From NCBI GenBank assembly GCA_012295275.1, contig CM022678.1, positions 19,592,001 to 19,656,000 of the forward strand: DNA of 64,000 nucleotides, written 5' to 3'. Positions within the stretch are counted from its first letter, which is position 1, and the number at the start of each line of letters is the position of its first letter. Under the pieces are notes generated by a model, which saw only the letters and a program-made list of their open reading frames with translations, searched no databases and was not told the origin of the DNA. Shown piece by piece: positions 37,771 to 52,001 of this stretch. The stretch comes from Chrysomallon squamiferum. Its lineage: Eukaryota; Animalia; Mollusca. A program made the translations under genes and the position numbers.

Positions 37771-40322
37771 ACACACACATGCAGCTGGCAACTAATAGTG
37801 ATTGTGACATGTCAGCAATTTAAGCAATCATCAATTAATATCAACAACAACAATGCTTTTTTAGAATCGTCACCAAAGAAACAGAACTGATGATGACTAA
37901 AAAAAAATAAAAAATGCCTTGTGGGTAAGAATATAATCTGTCATAATTATAACTGATGTTGGTAATTATAATAATTAGTGTTGACACTGACAGTGATACT
38001 GGTATTAGTGTTGAGTTATGTCACCACTGTTGATGAGTAATTAGTGTTGATAATGATGTATCAACTGTTGAGGGTGAGAGAAAAATAAATCGGTGATTAG
38101 CCTGGTACTAGATAACACATCATCATGTGTTAGATATTAACAAGTTTTAACAGGTCACTACTACATCTGTGACATGTCCCTGATCAACAGTCACTAGATG
38201 ATTCATTTTAGTGTTTCACTGTGAACAGTGTGAAGCATATTTTAACATGTGGCTATGACAACCCAGTGTTTATGAACACTGTCAGAGAACACAGAGGTGC
38301 TAAGTAATAACGACCTTGACATCATGTTTAGAAAAGACCTTGACCTGGCTGTTTAGAGAGACCTGCTCACTCAACACAGTGAGCCAATGAGGAGAGCTCT
38401 CACCCTGCTGGCGAGTCAAATATTTGCGTTCGCCCAAAAACGAAAAAAGTAACACTTTTGTTAGCGTCAATATTGGTCGAGTTGCACTTTGATGAAGACA
38501 CAAAGTGAATAATACACAAATCTCTCACAACACTGTCAACTCAAGCTGTCTTTTGTTTTTGTTTTTTGTGTTTTTTATTAATTTCGTTTCATTGTATGCA
38601 GATACATGTGTATATATATATCTATATATATATAGATATATATATATATATATGAATTGCTGTGTGTATATGATAATGCCTTTTTGTAAACACACACATG
38701 TATGCACACATTCATTCACAAACACACACACACATATTCATGTACACACACATATTCATGCACACACAATTCATGTACACACACACACACACACACACAG
38801 ACACACTTTCATGTATTCAGTAGTCCGACTGAATGTGTCATCCATTTAAAAGTGAGTATGCAGAAACTGTCATTACATGTGTGTGTTCATAAAAAGAAAA
38901 AAAAAAAAAAAAAAAAAAGAAAAAAAAATGTGTGTATTATCAAGTTAAAGCAGTCTGAGAACTGGTAGAGTCCTGTTAGTTCTTCCGAGTCCTGTTCAAA
39001 CACGGTCACCTCTCTCTCTGCACTTGGCAGAAACCAGTCTCAACATTCCACCTGCAGTGTCCACCAAGAGAGGTAAACAGACATTACCTGTCCAGTGTGT
39101 ACTGACCACACAGGTCAAACCTCGCTGACCACTCACTGCCCATCTGGACAATGTGAGATCTAACTTTAACTGCAGGACTACAGCTGTTAACTGGACTCAG
39201 TGGTGATGTTAAGTGGATGGAAATATCTTTATTGTTACTTAATATAGAGCACTTTTGCTTTTACTGCTGGAAGATGACTCTGAAAAGTGAAGTTAAACTG
39301 AGCTCAAGTCATACTTGTGTGCAGACTATGTTAGTTTTATTATTCTGTTATGACAGAACAGGTTTATTTAATGTCGTTCTTGGTTTCTTCAGACATTTTT
39401 AACTCCATTCTTGCCAATATTTTTTTATAAAAAATATATATTATTGAACTAGTTTGTTGAATAACATTTGTTTGTTTTAACATTTTAAACTGTTTGTTTT
39501 ATTATGCTGTTACGATAAAACTGATTTATTAAATGCAAAACACTTGCCGATATTGTTACAAAAAACTTCATATTAAATGAATTTGTTGAATTATCTTTAT
39601 TTTATCTGAACTTAAATAATTTGTCATCCAGTTTCCCATAATACTAAGTATATCACAGATCATCATTTATATAAAAAAAATAAAAAATAAAAGAAAAACC
39701 ATTTTACTGTTGGTCATAAAAATACAAAAAAGAGGGAATGACCGTATAAAAATTAAAATACTATAAAAACACAGTGGACATATAAAACTACTACAAGACC
39801 AGTGGTCACACAAACCACTAGACGATGACCAGTTGTTATACAAAAAGTAGATGACCAATGGTCAAATAAACACTAAATGTACCAGTGGTCAAACCAGCTC
39901 TATACTTGATGACCAGTGGTGACATAATCTGGTCAGATATCTCAGTTTATGCTGCAGGCAAATCACTGTATAGTGAAACAACTCAGATATCATCGACTAC
40001 CACAGCTTTAAAATTTTCTCCAGTGTGGTACAGCCCAGCCCGTGTGTCAATATATGTGTGTCTGATTTTTGTGTGATTGTGATAGTGACATCTCAGTGAC
40101 CATGCAATAGTGACATGTGTAATAGTGACATGTGTAATAGTGACACGTGTAATGGTGACATTAGTCGTAGTGACAAGTAACAAAACATTTCATAATTAAA
40201 CGGTTATCAGATTTGATAAGAAACAGAAGTATATATATTTTTTTTTTTTTTTTTGTTAATTTTTTTTTTAATATTTATATAAATGATATGATATATAGAA
40301 TTATAATATTACAACTTTTTTA

Positions 40323-40357
<35 letters not shown>

Positions 40358-40467
40358 AGAATAATTTTTGTTCAGTTTTGTCAGAATAAATAAAATAAGT
40401 ATGGTGGGTCTTTTATTATTTCTTTTTTTTTTTTAGGTGGATTTGTAGCTGTGAATTTCAGGTGTTT

Positions 40468-40501
<34 letters not shown>

Positions 40502-40785
40502 CATCTGTGTATGGTTGAGTAATTTTGGTATAGGTGTATGTGTCTATATTAATGTATCTGTATCTGTGTGTGTGTGTGTGTGTGTTATAAAATGTATGTG
40601 CAATTGTTAATTACACTAATAACAAAAATGAAACACACACACACACACATATGCATACATACAGGGTTTGTTTTACATGTTTTACACTTTTTAAAATAAT
40701 TTTTGAAATTTGAATTTCAGTAAATGACACTCACAAAAACAGCTGACTGTTATCCAATGAAAGGTGAAAAAACACATAAAAGAAG

Positions 40786-40844
<59 letters not shown>

Positions 40845-41567
40845 AGGACATCTGTCTGATGACCAAAACCCGTCTTTCTTTACCTGTTTCTTTCATTGTT
40901 ATCTCACCTGGACAAGAGGTGAACTCACCTCTGAGTTCTATTGTCAATTACAAAAGATTTCACCCCCCACCCTGTCCCTGCCACGTCACACACACATCAG
41001 TCTGTGATCTTGTTGTAAACCCCTCTCCCCTTAAAAAAACACACTTTTGTAGTCTTCTCAATTTCTTTATCTTATATCTCATTATAATACTTTTCATTTT
41101 TCTTTTCTGTTCTTTTTTTTTTTTTTTTTTTTTGGTTTGTTCTGAAAGTTTCTTTGTGTTTAAGAGAATTTATCAGTTTTAAAATATGGTATTCAATTAA
41201 AATTATCAATTTAAAACATGGTATTTAATTAAAATTATCTCTTTGAAACATAGTATTGAACTGAAATTACCAATTTAAAATAATTTTTTTAAAACTGTTT
41301 TAAAAATTATTAAATGATTTTTGTCATTATTTTTATTAATAAATAAATTAACAAAAATTTATTTTAAATATAATTTCAATCATTATTTCAGTTTAATATG
41401 AAAATGAATTTGTTATTTTAATGAATAAATATTTTATTATTTAGTAAGTGCAAAATAACAACAGTTTTGACATCTTTGCATTTTTCAAATTAATTCTGAA
41501 ATATATTTACCATTTATAACAGAATTTTTATATTTTGACATCGTTTGTATTTTGAAATAATACTGCA

Positions 41568-41602
<35 letters not shown>

Positions 41603-42076
41603 GTATGTATGTGTGTATATGTGTGTGTGTGTGTATATATGTATATGTATATAGTTGTTCTACCAAACAGTATTATTTAAGCAATATAAACATCTTGATT
41701 GTAATTCTAACAATGTCCATCTTTTCTGTTTATCTTTTTAATTGCAAACAAAATGTCTCCCTGACATGACAATCTGAACAAAACTTTCCTTTCTACTGAA
41801 CACATTCCAGTGTCCACCTATCTGCCTGCAACCTGCAACACCCCTAAAAACATCCCCCCTACCGACCCCCCCCCCCCCACCAGAACACTTTGTCATCACA
41901 GGACATTCCGGAAAAATCCATATACGACCATTCGTCTCTTTCTTCCTCACATACCTAAACACACACACACACCCCACACACACATCCCTACCATCTACTA
42001 CTACTCACCTACCCCTTTCCTCAACTCCTTCATAAAACTCCCACCAATACCCCCAACCACCATCCCCCCCACTCAC

Positions 42077-42109
<33 letters not shown>

Positions 42110-42454
42110 ACTCAAACACACACACCCCTCTCTCTGGTGAAACTTTGGGACCTTCCCTGAAGAAGAGAGTGTTGATGTTTTACAGAGAGAGAGAGAGAGC
42201 AAGCAGTGAGGCAGGCAGACTTGAATGGCCTGTGTTAAGTATTCTGTAATAATCTCCAATTTCTGCGTCCTCTGGTGGACACACCAGCTTTTGTGTTTGG
42301 CATGTCACTGACCCTGCACAGTTCAAACAGAAGAAAAAAACACATCAGCAGCTGGTAGTTTGTAGGTCAGCAGATTTGTGTGAGGATCTTACGTTTTGAG
42401 CTGTGCATTGTCATGTTTCACTGGACAAGCCAATCACTGCTGGTTGTTAACAAA

Positions 42455-42830
42455 ATAATCAACAGTTGTGTACAATGTGTACAATCTTTAACAATCTGTG
42501 CGTTTTTAAAATATGAATAGTTGGGAACGATATGTACAATATTTAACAATCTGCGTTTTTAAAATATCAATAGTTGTGTACAGTATTTAACAATATTTAA
42601 CAATTGGCGTTTTTAAAATATCAACAGTTGTGTGCAATATGTACAATATTTAACAATATGCATTTTAAAATATCAATAGTTATGTACAATATTTAACAAT
42701 CTGCATTTTTAAAATATCAACAGTTGTTTTGTACAATATTTAACAATCTGCATTTTTAAAATATCAGCAGTTGTGCACAATACCTAACAGTCTGCATTTT
42801 CAAAAATATCAATAGTTGTTGATAACCACT
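42455..42830. repeat. ~44-55 bp minisatellite (aacaatctgcatttttaaaatatcaatagttgtgtacaatattt)
   Basis: Tandem degenerate copies. Confidence 0.85.
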
Positions 42831-43644
42831 GTATTCAAATTATCAACAGTGGTATTCAACAATACTCAACAATCTGTTTTAAAAACATCAGTTAACAAAT
42901 TATCAGTTTTCTAAGAACATCAACTGTTGATGTGTTTTCTAAACAAAGGATGACAAAATGGGTTCTAAAAAACATCAATAAGTTGATGTTTTTTACACAT
43001 CATCAACAGTTGATAACAACAAGCCATGTACTGTATCAACTGTGTTCTAAAAATATACTGTTGATAATATTCTGCCACCAAATGTACATCCACTGTTGAA
43101 AATGTTCTGCACACAAAACATTAGAAATATTTTATTAATCGCTGATAATCTGTGATCTACAGACACTTACATTATCAAACACAAATAAAAGATAAGTTAC
43201 TGAGTTTAATGGAAGACAGTAAACACTGATATCTAGGTAAAGAAAACGATGACAGGACCTGTAAAATCAAACATGTAGTCAGTCACAGGTAGATAACAAA
43301 ACATTTATTACTGACCTGAATTGACGTCAGACCACTGAGAAAAGGCTAAAGTGTACATGTATCTGTGTTTGTGAATGGGTGGGTGGGTGGGTGTTTGTGA
43401 ATGGGTGGGTGGGTGGGTGTTTGTTTCTCAGTGTGTGTGTGTGTGTAATATATATATATATATGAATATTTGTATAGATGTATGTATGTATGTAGGTATG
43501 TAGGTATGTCAGTGTGTGTGTGTGTGTGTGTGTAATATATGGGTGTATTTCTAAATATGAGTGTATCTGTTTCTATGTGAATGCATACGTATAAGTATAA
43601 TGTTTCCCTGTGTATATGTTTCTCTGCATGTCTGTGCACATGTT

Positions 43645-43689
<45 letters not shown>

Positions 43690-44695
43690 CTGCATGTATA
43701 TCTGTATAACTTTAAGCTCATGTATGTACGTATGTACATATGTATGTGTGTGTGCGTGTGTGTGTGTGTGCACGTATATGTGCATACATGTCTGCATGTA
43801 TATCTTTATAACTTTAAGCTCATGTACGTACGTATGTACGTATGTATGTGTGTGTACGTATGTACGTATGTATGTGTATGTGTGTGTGTGTTACTGCCCC
43901 CACTTTGGTCTCTGGTTTCTCTGTTTTGTTATTTCTACCTGGGTGAACAAAGCTGTGGACTGCAGAAAGACAAACACTCTCCAGTGGCCTGACACGAACT
44001 TGACAAATATAAACATCTATTTGTCGCTCGTCTTCACAGAAAACTTCGTTATTGATTGTTCGCCGCAAGTAAACAACTTTGCAGGAGAGAGAATTTTTAC
44101 TTGATAATCAATTGAGATGCAAAATGGGGAGCTGAGAGAGAGAAAATGAAAACTAGAACAAACAATTAGGATTTTTTTTGTTGTTTTGTGTTTGAGTGTG
44201 TTTGTTTGAGCGTGTTTCTGTTTTAAGAAAGAAAAAAAAAGAAAGAAAATTAGCTGTGGGAAATCAAAATGTAGCACCAAAATGAAAATTACTGAAGCAC
44301 CAAACATGAAAATTACTGAATTGTAGTAAAACATAAAAATTAATACATATATATAGTTTTGGGTGGTTTTTTTTAAAACTGGAGAAAAACAGAAACATAA
44401 ATAAAAATATCTGTTTGTTATTATAAAGAAAAAAAGTTCAAAGAAATGATGTAAAATTGAACTGATTCATTTCTGTATGCAAAGTAATAGATTACAATGT
44501 CACTTCTGGCCTCCAAACAATGTTATCTTCTGTCTTCGCTATCAAAATGTCTTTTTTCTAAAGGCTTCTGTGTTAAGCGCATTTGAACTAATGTGATTTT
44601 GATGGCAGCTCACAGAGAATAATATTAAATTTAAAAAAAATAAACAATAAATCAATGGATATGGATGCCTGCATATATGGATGGAATGTGTTGAT

Positions 44696-44763
<68 letters not shown>

Positions 44764-45521
44764 AAAAACATTCTTTGTATTTTATTAAACTGAGAGAGAG
44801 AGAGAGAGAGTTAAAAGATAGAGAGAGAGAGAGAGAGTGAGCATGAGCATGACATAGATATAGAAAGACAGAAAAACAGAAAGAGAGGTGTAGTTATTTA
44901 TAATAATTCTAACAAGTACATATACACATAAAGAGAAGAGTTGTGTCAGTGTAAAAAATAGCAGAACGATTCTATGCAGTATTAAATAAAAAGGAAATCA
45001 AACCAGTGTCTATGAGTAACAATACTAACAAAACCAAACAAAGGAGACACCATCACAGAAACCTCAACGACTGCAACAACAACAACAACAAACATGTAGC
45101 GACAAATATTAATATTTCTCAGTTTAATTTTTATCTATTAAAAAAAACAAAAAAACAAAAAAACCCAGAGTATATGTTACAATGAACTGTCATTAAAATT
45201 CTGGTAGCAAATCTCATTTTACACTGTCTGATAATAGTTACACATTTACTGATTTAGTAATAAAAAAAAAAGGGGGTATGCACAATTCAAAAAAAACGTG
45301 CCACACTTTTAAACATTTTATTATCTAAAGTACCCCTGTGTGCTTGTTTATGCTAGTTTAAACGACAGTGGGTGATGTATGAAGGGCTGAGAGGTTGTGT
45401 TCTAACCCAGTGAAGTAAGAAACTAGTTCAGATCACACAGTGATAGATGCTGATCTGATCTGTCAGTGCCATGTTGACCATAACATACGTCAATCACATC
45501 TAGCACTGAAATTACTTTTCA

Positions 45522-45534
45522 TGTGTGTGTGTGT

Positions 45535-45604
<70 letters not shown>

Positions 45605-45623
45605 TCACATGTGCACTGTGTGT

Positions 45624-45662
<39 letters not shown>

Positions 45663-45885
45663 TGTGTGTGTGTGTATGTGTGTGTGTGTCACTACATGTG
45701 AAAGTGTGTGTGTGTGTGTGTGTCCATGTGTGTGTGTGTGTGTGTGTGTGTTATAAAGTTATGTGTATATATATATGTGTGTACACATGTAGGTGTATCT
45801 CTGTCAGTGTTTGTATGAATATTCATATGGATATATGTGAATGTGTATGTCAGTGTAGGTCTATGTGTGTGTGTTTATGTTTGTC

Positions 45886-45921
<36 letters not shown>

Positions 45922-45942
45922 TGTGTTTGTCAGTGTGTGTGT
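45522..45942. repeat. Compound (GT)n microsatellite
   Basis: Direct; similar tracts at 43430-43890, 48050-48300 and 51800-52050. Confidence 0.95.
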
Positions 45943-46527
45943 CCAAATTTTTATCATTCAATGTCAATACCCTCCTTTGGTAATGACGTTCTTTTTATTA
46001 TTATTATTATTTAACATCAGAGATGTCAAAATCTGTTTCCTACTGATTAGACTACGTAATTATAAACGTTTGAGAAATCAGTGAACATGCACGCACAACG
46101 GTGAGAGATGAGTAACAGTGAGACTCGTGTTGAAATGATAAACACTGGTATTAACGGTCACAGCTCATAAAACCTGTTTAAAGATTCCTGCATTAAATAA
46201 AAATTTGTCCTGACCTCTGGGAAGTGGTTGACAGCAGGTAATTGTGTTTATGTTGTATGGCTGCAGGCTGGAAAAAAACACATCAAAACAGTAAAAAAAA
46301 ATATATATATATGTAAAAAATAAAAAGTACATTTAGCCTCAAGTCTCACTTACTGATGTCAAAGTTTTGTGTGTCATAATAAGACAAGGGTCAAGGGGGA
46401 TGAGGGGGGTCGGGGGAGGGGGGTCGGGGGAGGGAGGGGAGTGGGGCTCAGAGGTTAGAGTACATGACTGAGACATGATGGGATACAGGATCAGTCCTCC
46501 AAAGCACCAAAGTTGGCTTTTTAACCA

Positions 46528-46748
46528 TGTTACCCTAATTTTTTCATGTTACCCTAATTACATTTTACCATTACCAGTGTTACTCTAATTACATTTTGCC
46601 ATTACCAGTGTTATGCTAATTACATTTTACCATTACCAGTGTTACCCTAATTACATTTTACCATTACCAGTGTTACTGTAATTATAGTTTACCATTACCA
46701 GTGTTACTGTAATTATATTTTACAATTACTAGTGTTACATTTTGTTAC
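46528..46748. repeat. 30-bp minisatellite (taattacattttaccattaccagtgttacc)
   Basis: Tandem copies, period 30. Confidence 0.9.
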
Positions 46749-46939
46749 ATGGTAATTAAATACACTTATTGCACTAACTGAATTTTAATTGTTACCAATA
46801 CTACACCATTTTTCATCATTACCAATGCTGCTAATAATTATTTTATCTAATCAGTAAGAGAAAAAGTGAATATTAAACATTTCTGATGTAACTAGTAACA
46901 TGTAAGTACATATTTATTTAATGTAGTCTGTGCTTTAAT

Positions 46940-47350
46940 AGATTATATATATATAAAACTCTAGATTATATACTAAAACACAAACAGTAGATTATCCATT
47001 AAAACATAAAGTAGATTATATATATTAAATACAAACAGTAGATGATATATATAAACATATATATAAAACGCAGAGTAGATTATCTATTAAAACACGAGTA
47101 GGTTATCTATTAAAATACGAGTAGATTATCTATTAAAATACGAGTAGATTATGTATTAAAACATGAGTAGACTATTAAAGCACGAGTAGACTATTAAAAT
47201 ACGAGTAGACTGTCTATGAAAGCACGAGTAGACTATTAAAATACGAGTAGACTGTCTATTAAAGCACGAGTAGACTATTAAAATACGAGTAGACTGTCTA
47301 TTAAAGCATGAGTAGACTATTAAAACATGAGTAGACTATCTATTAAAACG
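46940..47350. repeat. 19-23 bp minisatellite (gagtagactattaaaatac)
   Basis: Tandem copies. Confidence 0.9.
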
Positions 47351-48148
47351 CAAACAATGACGTTATTAAACAGATCATCTCACTTGTCAGCACACATTAG
47401 AAAATGACAAAGAGGAGAAATAATGATTGTGAATTACCTCCCTTGCCTGCACTCTCCTGTCAGGGAGGTGGTGTCACCGAGTGACGTCGACTGAGAAGAA
47501 AATTCTTACACAAAGTAGGTCATGCCTGCTGGGCACCATCACGCCTGAGTGAAAATGCATGCTGACCCACTTCATTACACACACACTCACACACACACAC
47601 ACACAGACAAAGAAACAGAGAGAGAGGGAGAGAGAGAGAGAGGGCAATCACATTCATATAGCTTACAGCAATTTCAGGTAACCCAAATAACAGTGAGGAG
47701 AGAAACAGCACAGGACAACTTGTTTCCCACCAGCAAAGCCAGTTCTCATCTCACACTTACACCACTAACACACGAGTAAAAAAAAAAACAAGTAATAAAA
47801 AAAGATTTTTATTTTATTTTATTTTAATTTTTTTTATTATTATTATTATTTTTATTTATTTTTGATATGATGGTCAGAATCCTTACATTTTTTGTATTTA
47901 TGATTTGGTCATTAAGGATCTTCTTTACTTCTTTTTTTTGTTTTGTTTTTGTTTGTTTGCTGTTTTTGTTTTTTTTAGTTGCTGTTGTGTGTATTTGTGC
48001 GTGTGTGTTCGAGTTTCAATTGTGTGTGTATATTTGATATTTGTTATGTGTGTGTGTGTCTGTGTGTGTGTGTGTATGTGAAGATTTGATATTAATTGTT
48101 TGATTTTGTTGTGTATGTGTTTTTGTTTTATGCCTGTTTGTGTATGTG

Positions 48149-48191
<43 letters not shown>

Positions 48192-48237
48192 TAGTGTATG
48201 TATGTATTATATCTGTTTGTATATTTGTATATATGTA

Positions 48238-48283
<46 letters not shown>

Positions 48284-51200
48284 TGTTTGTTTGCCTGAGT
48301 GTCTGTGTAATATATATCTATATATATATGTGTGTTTGGATGTGAAATGACATATGTACATCAGATAACAGATTTTGTATATATCTAAATATCTAGGTCA
48401 GAGTTTTCTGTACCTACCAGATAAACAGATCATGCACTAAAGCATGTACACCTTTAACAGTGTATTAAACACTACACAAATAATACATCTTAATATATCT
48501 ATATAACAACACATATAAAAATGTGTGATAATTACAATCAGTAAAAATTATTTTAATATCTATTAACATTCACAATGCTGACAGCCATGTAATAAATAAC
48601 AAAGAATTTGAATTTTAAACCGTTAATAAATTATCCATTTGTATGAAAATATACAAGCACGTTTTCAAAAACAAAAACAACATATGTATTGTATATACAT
48701 AATGCATATATATACATATATTATTCATAATTATGCACAAAAAATACACACAAATGTAGACAAAAACATAAAAATCCATGTTACTGAAAACATACATTTC
48801 AAAATGCACACCCTATTTTAAACATGAATAAACATTTTATAAAAAGAGAAAATATATAAATGAGCTAATCCATTAATTCAAAACAAGGTGTTTTTCTATT
48901 TCATCTTTCTTCTGAACTTTTTTTTTTTTTTTTTTTTTATATTCTACAAATTCTGTTACAAGTGAAATATGCATGCATTTGTTCAGGAAAATATCTTATT
49001 AAAAAACGACTGATAGAAATTTTGAAATACAAACAGAAAATATCTCATTTTAGAACCACAGTCCTGCCAGATTTGCTTGTGAATCCTGCCTGATATTTAC
49101 AGAAGTCATGAATTATACTTTGCAATCCTGCCAACTGTTAGTAAAAGTGGAGAGACAATATTTCAATCCTGCCAAATTTTAATTAGAAGTAATATAGATT
49201 AACATTACAATCCTGCCAAATTTCTTTTTCAAGAAGCAATGTAACATGAAAAATGTATCATGTCCTGAGAAGTAACATGAAAAATATATCATGTCCTTCT
49301 CAAACATTCCGAAATCCTAAACTTGTCGTATCTTTACAGAAAAACATCTTCCAATCCTGCCAGATTTTGTGTCACCTGCATCAAAGACAATACACTCTCC
49401 TGCTTATTCTTTTTTTTTTTTTTTTTTTCAGAAAGTGAAATTAACACGATTACAATCCTGTGAAGTTTTAAAAATGAAATGAAATTATTACAAATCTTGC
49501 CAAATCATTGTTAGACACAATGGAATTATTTCCATCCAGCCATTTTTTTTCTTAATTCCTTTTTTTTTTCTTTTTGTTTAAATTAAGCAATGGAAAGACA
49601 ACAAAATCCTGAGCCAAATCTGAACCAGATATACAAATATACAAAAAGGACAGATCATCATAATTCTACCAAAACATTTGTGAAGACAGAAAGCAAACAT
49701 TACCATATTTTTCAAATCTTGTTAAACAGGTTAGAATGGGCAATGCAGGGATCTTAGTTTTGTGCAGCAGACTGCATGAAAGGAAATGAAGGCTAGTACA
49801 GTCCTGCGGAACGTTTTGCTGAATGGATCAAGATGAAAGGACGATGTAATGTTACCCAATTCTACCAGATCTTTAAGAGAAAACACAATGGATGAACTTT
49901 CTACAAATCCTGTTACCTGTGTGTGCTGAAGTATTTGAAACACACTACAAAAATACAAAAGTACAAAACAATATATAACTACATCTTATTATCAAACTCT
50001 TGCAAACAGCAAGACCAGAATACTTTATCATTAAGTTAATGTATTTTTAAATGACCCTGTCATATACAAATACCAAATAACACAAATATACTGTTATGTA
50101 ATTTTACAAAATCTAGACTTTTCAGTGATAAAATAATCAGAACATGGTACATTGCTCTGTATCAGCTAAAAGAAATCTTGCTGTCATGTTTTTGGAAAAT
50201 ATTAAAAATCATCTGTTAAATCTCAGTACAGTTCTACAAACATTTTGTTTTGTGTTTTCTAATAATAAATTTGTTAGTTTTATTTCTTTTAAAATTGTTA
50301 TCAAAAAATTCTTTAAATGTACTGAACTGCTGTTAATTATTATTTAAACATATATGCATATGTAAAAACATTTACATACACACATACATACATACTTAAA
50401 AAAAATAATACAAATACACATACACATATAATATAAACTCATATACACGTGCACACATACATATACAAACACACATGCCCAAATATACGTGCACACAAAT
50501 ACACATATATGCACAGATACATGCATGCACATACATACATCTGCACACATGCACACACACACACAAATTTAAAGACTGCACATTTAAAAACTCACTGAAG
50601 CTGCATGAAGTTGAAACGCTGTTCATGTCCTGCAAGCACATCACTGACCTGCACCGATGTAGTCAATGACAATGATGACTGCACACATGTAGTAAGTAGG
50701 CAGCAACATGCTGTGAGCAACAGGTCCAACCTCCCCCACACCCACATGTATGGGAATAAATCAGACAGCGAAAGGGAAGGAGACAAATGAACAAAATGAA
50801 CAAAAAAAAAAAAGGGGGGAAGGAAGAAATGTTTCAAAGCGAAGGGATCACCAGGAGGAGGGGGAGGTGGGGGGCAGAGAAAATAAATACCCAACAATTG
50901 ATTGAATACACACGTACTGTTTGTGTGTGTGCGTGTGCGTGGAGGGCGGGTGGGTGAGTGCATGTGGGAGGGTGTATATGGGTGGGTGGGGGGTTCAACT
51001 GTGGTCACAGGAAAGGAAGTCCAGTCTACATGAATGAATGACAGAAAAGCTGAGATTAGGAAAAAGTAAAAAAATAATAAAAAAAAGAAGAATTCAATTG
51101 AAGCACCTGGTCGTGGCGTCACAACTGACAGACGTCTAATGACACCTAGGGGGGAGAGATGTCTAATGACACTTTGGGGGGATATCTAATGACACAGGAG

Positions 51201-51902
51201 GGGAGGGAAAAGCAGCAAGATCTTAAAATAAAAAAATAATAAAAGATAAATAACTGCCTGATTGTTACACATGATATCTGTCTCCGCGGCGACAGGTGAT
51301 GTGTGATGTCAGAGTAATGTCCAGCCGGTGACAAAAGAAAGAGGTGGAGAGCAGATCGAGGAAGGATTTACTAAGAAAGAAAAATGATGGCAGCTTTTAT
51401 TTTTTTCTTCTTTTTCTTTTCTGTTTTTTTTTTTTATTTTTTTTTTACTTCTGCCTGCGAAGGACAGGTGATGTCAGAGACTTGAGGACAATTGCAGAGA
51501 GGCGCAATGAGGACAACGGCACAGCGTTGTGGCGGATGTTGCTAAGTGTTGGATCAGCATTAGGCGCAGGTTTCCAGTTCAACGTCCTCGCGCGGGGTGG
51601 TCAGTGATAGGGACACTGTGAGATGGGAACTGGGGACATGCAACGCAGCACTGACAGGATTAGCAGTGGGAGTGAAGTGAAAAATCTCTCCGAACTTTTC
51701 TCAAGGGAAATTTCAAACCTTGGTCACTGCTCCACCCTCAGTGAGATCCCCACCCTAAGTACAGAAAACCTGTACTTAAACATACACCACATACATGAAC
51801 ACACACACACACACACCCACCCAAAGTAGAGAAAATCTTTATACACACACATACACGTGTACATGTACGTACACACATGCTTATACACATTCACACACAT
51901 AT

Positions 51903-51945
<43 letters not shown>

Positions 51946-51969
51946 AATTTATATATACATATACACATC

Positions 51970-52001
<32 letters not shown>

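Noticed and set aside
46528-46660. Telomere-like ccctaa words
   Set aside because: Isolated hexamers inside a 30-bp minisatellite, not a (TTAGGG)n tract.
43346-48345. Numerous VCVC/THTH/ERER ORFs
   Set aside because: Dinucleotide microsatellite translations.
49731-49958. 75-aa ORF in a complex-sequence island
   Set aside because: No convincing splice-site pair or recognisable motif; possibly a repeat fragment or enhancer.
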